Part shown: in pieces, positions 63,641 to 64,000 of the stretch
Numbering within the stretch: the first letter of the stretch is position 1
How the letters are laid out: each line of letters starts with the position of its first letter
Source: Candidatus Latescibacterota bacterium
GTDB taxonomy: Bacteria > Latescibacterota > UBA2968 > GCA-2709665
Length of the DNA: 64,000 nucleotides
Reading direction: 5' to 3'
Assembly: GCA_965248435.1 (NCBI GenBank)
Contig: OZ252100.1
Coordinates: 2,080,001-2,144,000 of the forward strand
Position numbers and translations under genes: made by a program
The notes under the pieces: model-generated
Seen by the model: only the letters and a program-made list of their open reading frames with translations
Told to the model about the DNA's origin: nothing
Database searches by the model: none

Positions 63641-64000
63641 TCAAAACCCGAACAGGGAACTTCGGATCTCCGGGCCGGATCCCAATCTGCCGGTGACACC
63701 GGTAAGGAGCCTCGTGTCCGAATGACGGCCTTTCAGGAATAAAAGGCCCGTGAGTCCCACACCCTCACGTCCCGACCCCCTGAACCGAAGTTCTCTATGA
63801 TCTGCGTCGAAGTACCAGATTTGTCCACTCGTCGAGCCGACACCAAGGAGACCTGGATTGCCCGGAAGAAGAGAAAGATTCAGTGCGCGTACTCTTCCCT
63901 CCGTAGCCGTTGCTCTATGGGCTTCGTTCCAGTGTCCCCAACTCGATCGGTATACGATCACTTCTCCACCCTCTTCTCCCGAACCGGTCTCCAGTAGGAG
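63641..64000 (-). CDS. C-terminal part of a hypothetical protein entering from beyond the window
   Basis: Frame open from the window end to stop at 63641. Confidence 0.5.
   Translation of the reverse strand, partial: LLLETGSGEEGGEVIVYRSSWGHWNEAHRATATEGRVRALNLSLLPGNPGLLGVGSTSGQIWYFDADHRELRFRGSGREGVGLTGLLFLKGRHSDTRLLTGVTGRLGSGPEIRSSLFGF

Noticed and set aside
63641-64000. Structured RNA (RNase P or tmRNA) at the window end
   Set aside because: No GAGGAAAGTCC or tmRNA termini; an open minus-strand reading frame covers it.

Overview
Bacterial chromosomal window. The long-form IspH and general gene content hint at an uncultured FCB-related lineage (inference only). Positions 1-36.3 kb are an accessory island with all confidently called genes on the minus strand. 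It holds (i) a >22 kb co-oriented array of small detox/modification genes (GNATs, SAM methyltransferases, HADs, VOC, AAC(3), PhzF, NUDIX, FolD). The distal 9 kb of this array is punctuated by integron attC sites with no integrase in view, and its head carries a leader-peptide transcription attenuator. It also holds (ii) a BlaI/BlaR1-like pair, (iii) an archaeal-type Asp-tRNA ligase behind two tandem Asn/Asp-rich leader-peptide attenuators, (iv) an ECF-ankyrin sigma factor and a serine-recombinase remnant, and (v) an ECF sigma factor followed by a ~1048-aa single-chain miniature RpoB-RpoC fusion. That fusion keeps the DFDGD catalytic motif and the sigma-binding clamp helices but lacks the flap, beta' Zn domain and trigger loop, and is the strongest candidate for an undescribed system. 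An ABC-F gene with a uORF/terminator leader lies divergently beside it. Positions 38-64 kb are more core-like: lysine riboswitch-dapA-pckG-dapB, HAD, two Ldh_2 oxidoreductases, a giant M20-peptidase fusion split by a 20-bp duplication, an IS3 element, an M16 peptidase pair, ispH, dut with no canonical start codon, HD-GYP, a response regulator, a UVR-motif protein, hflX, bactofilin and an M23 peptidase. All calls come from reading motifs by eye; no database searches were run.
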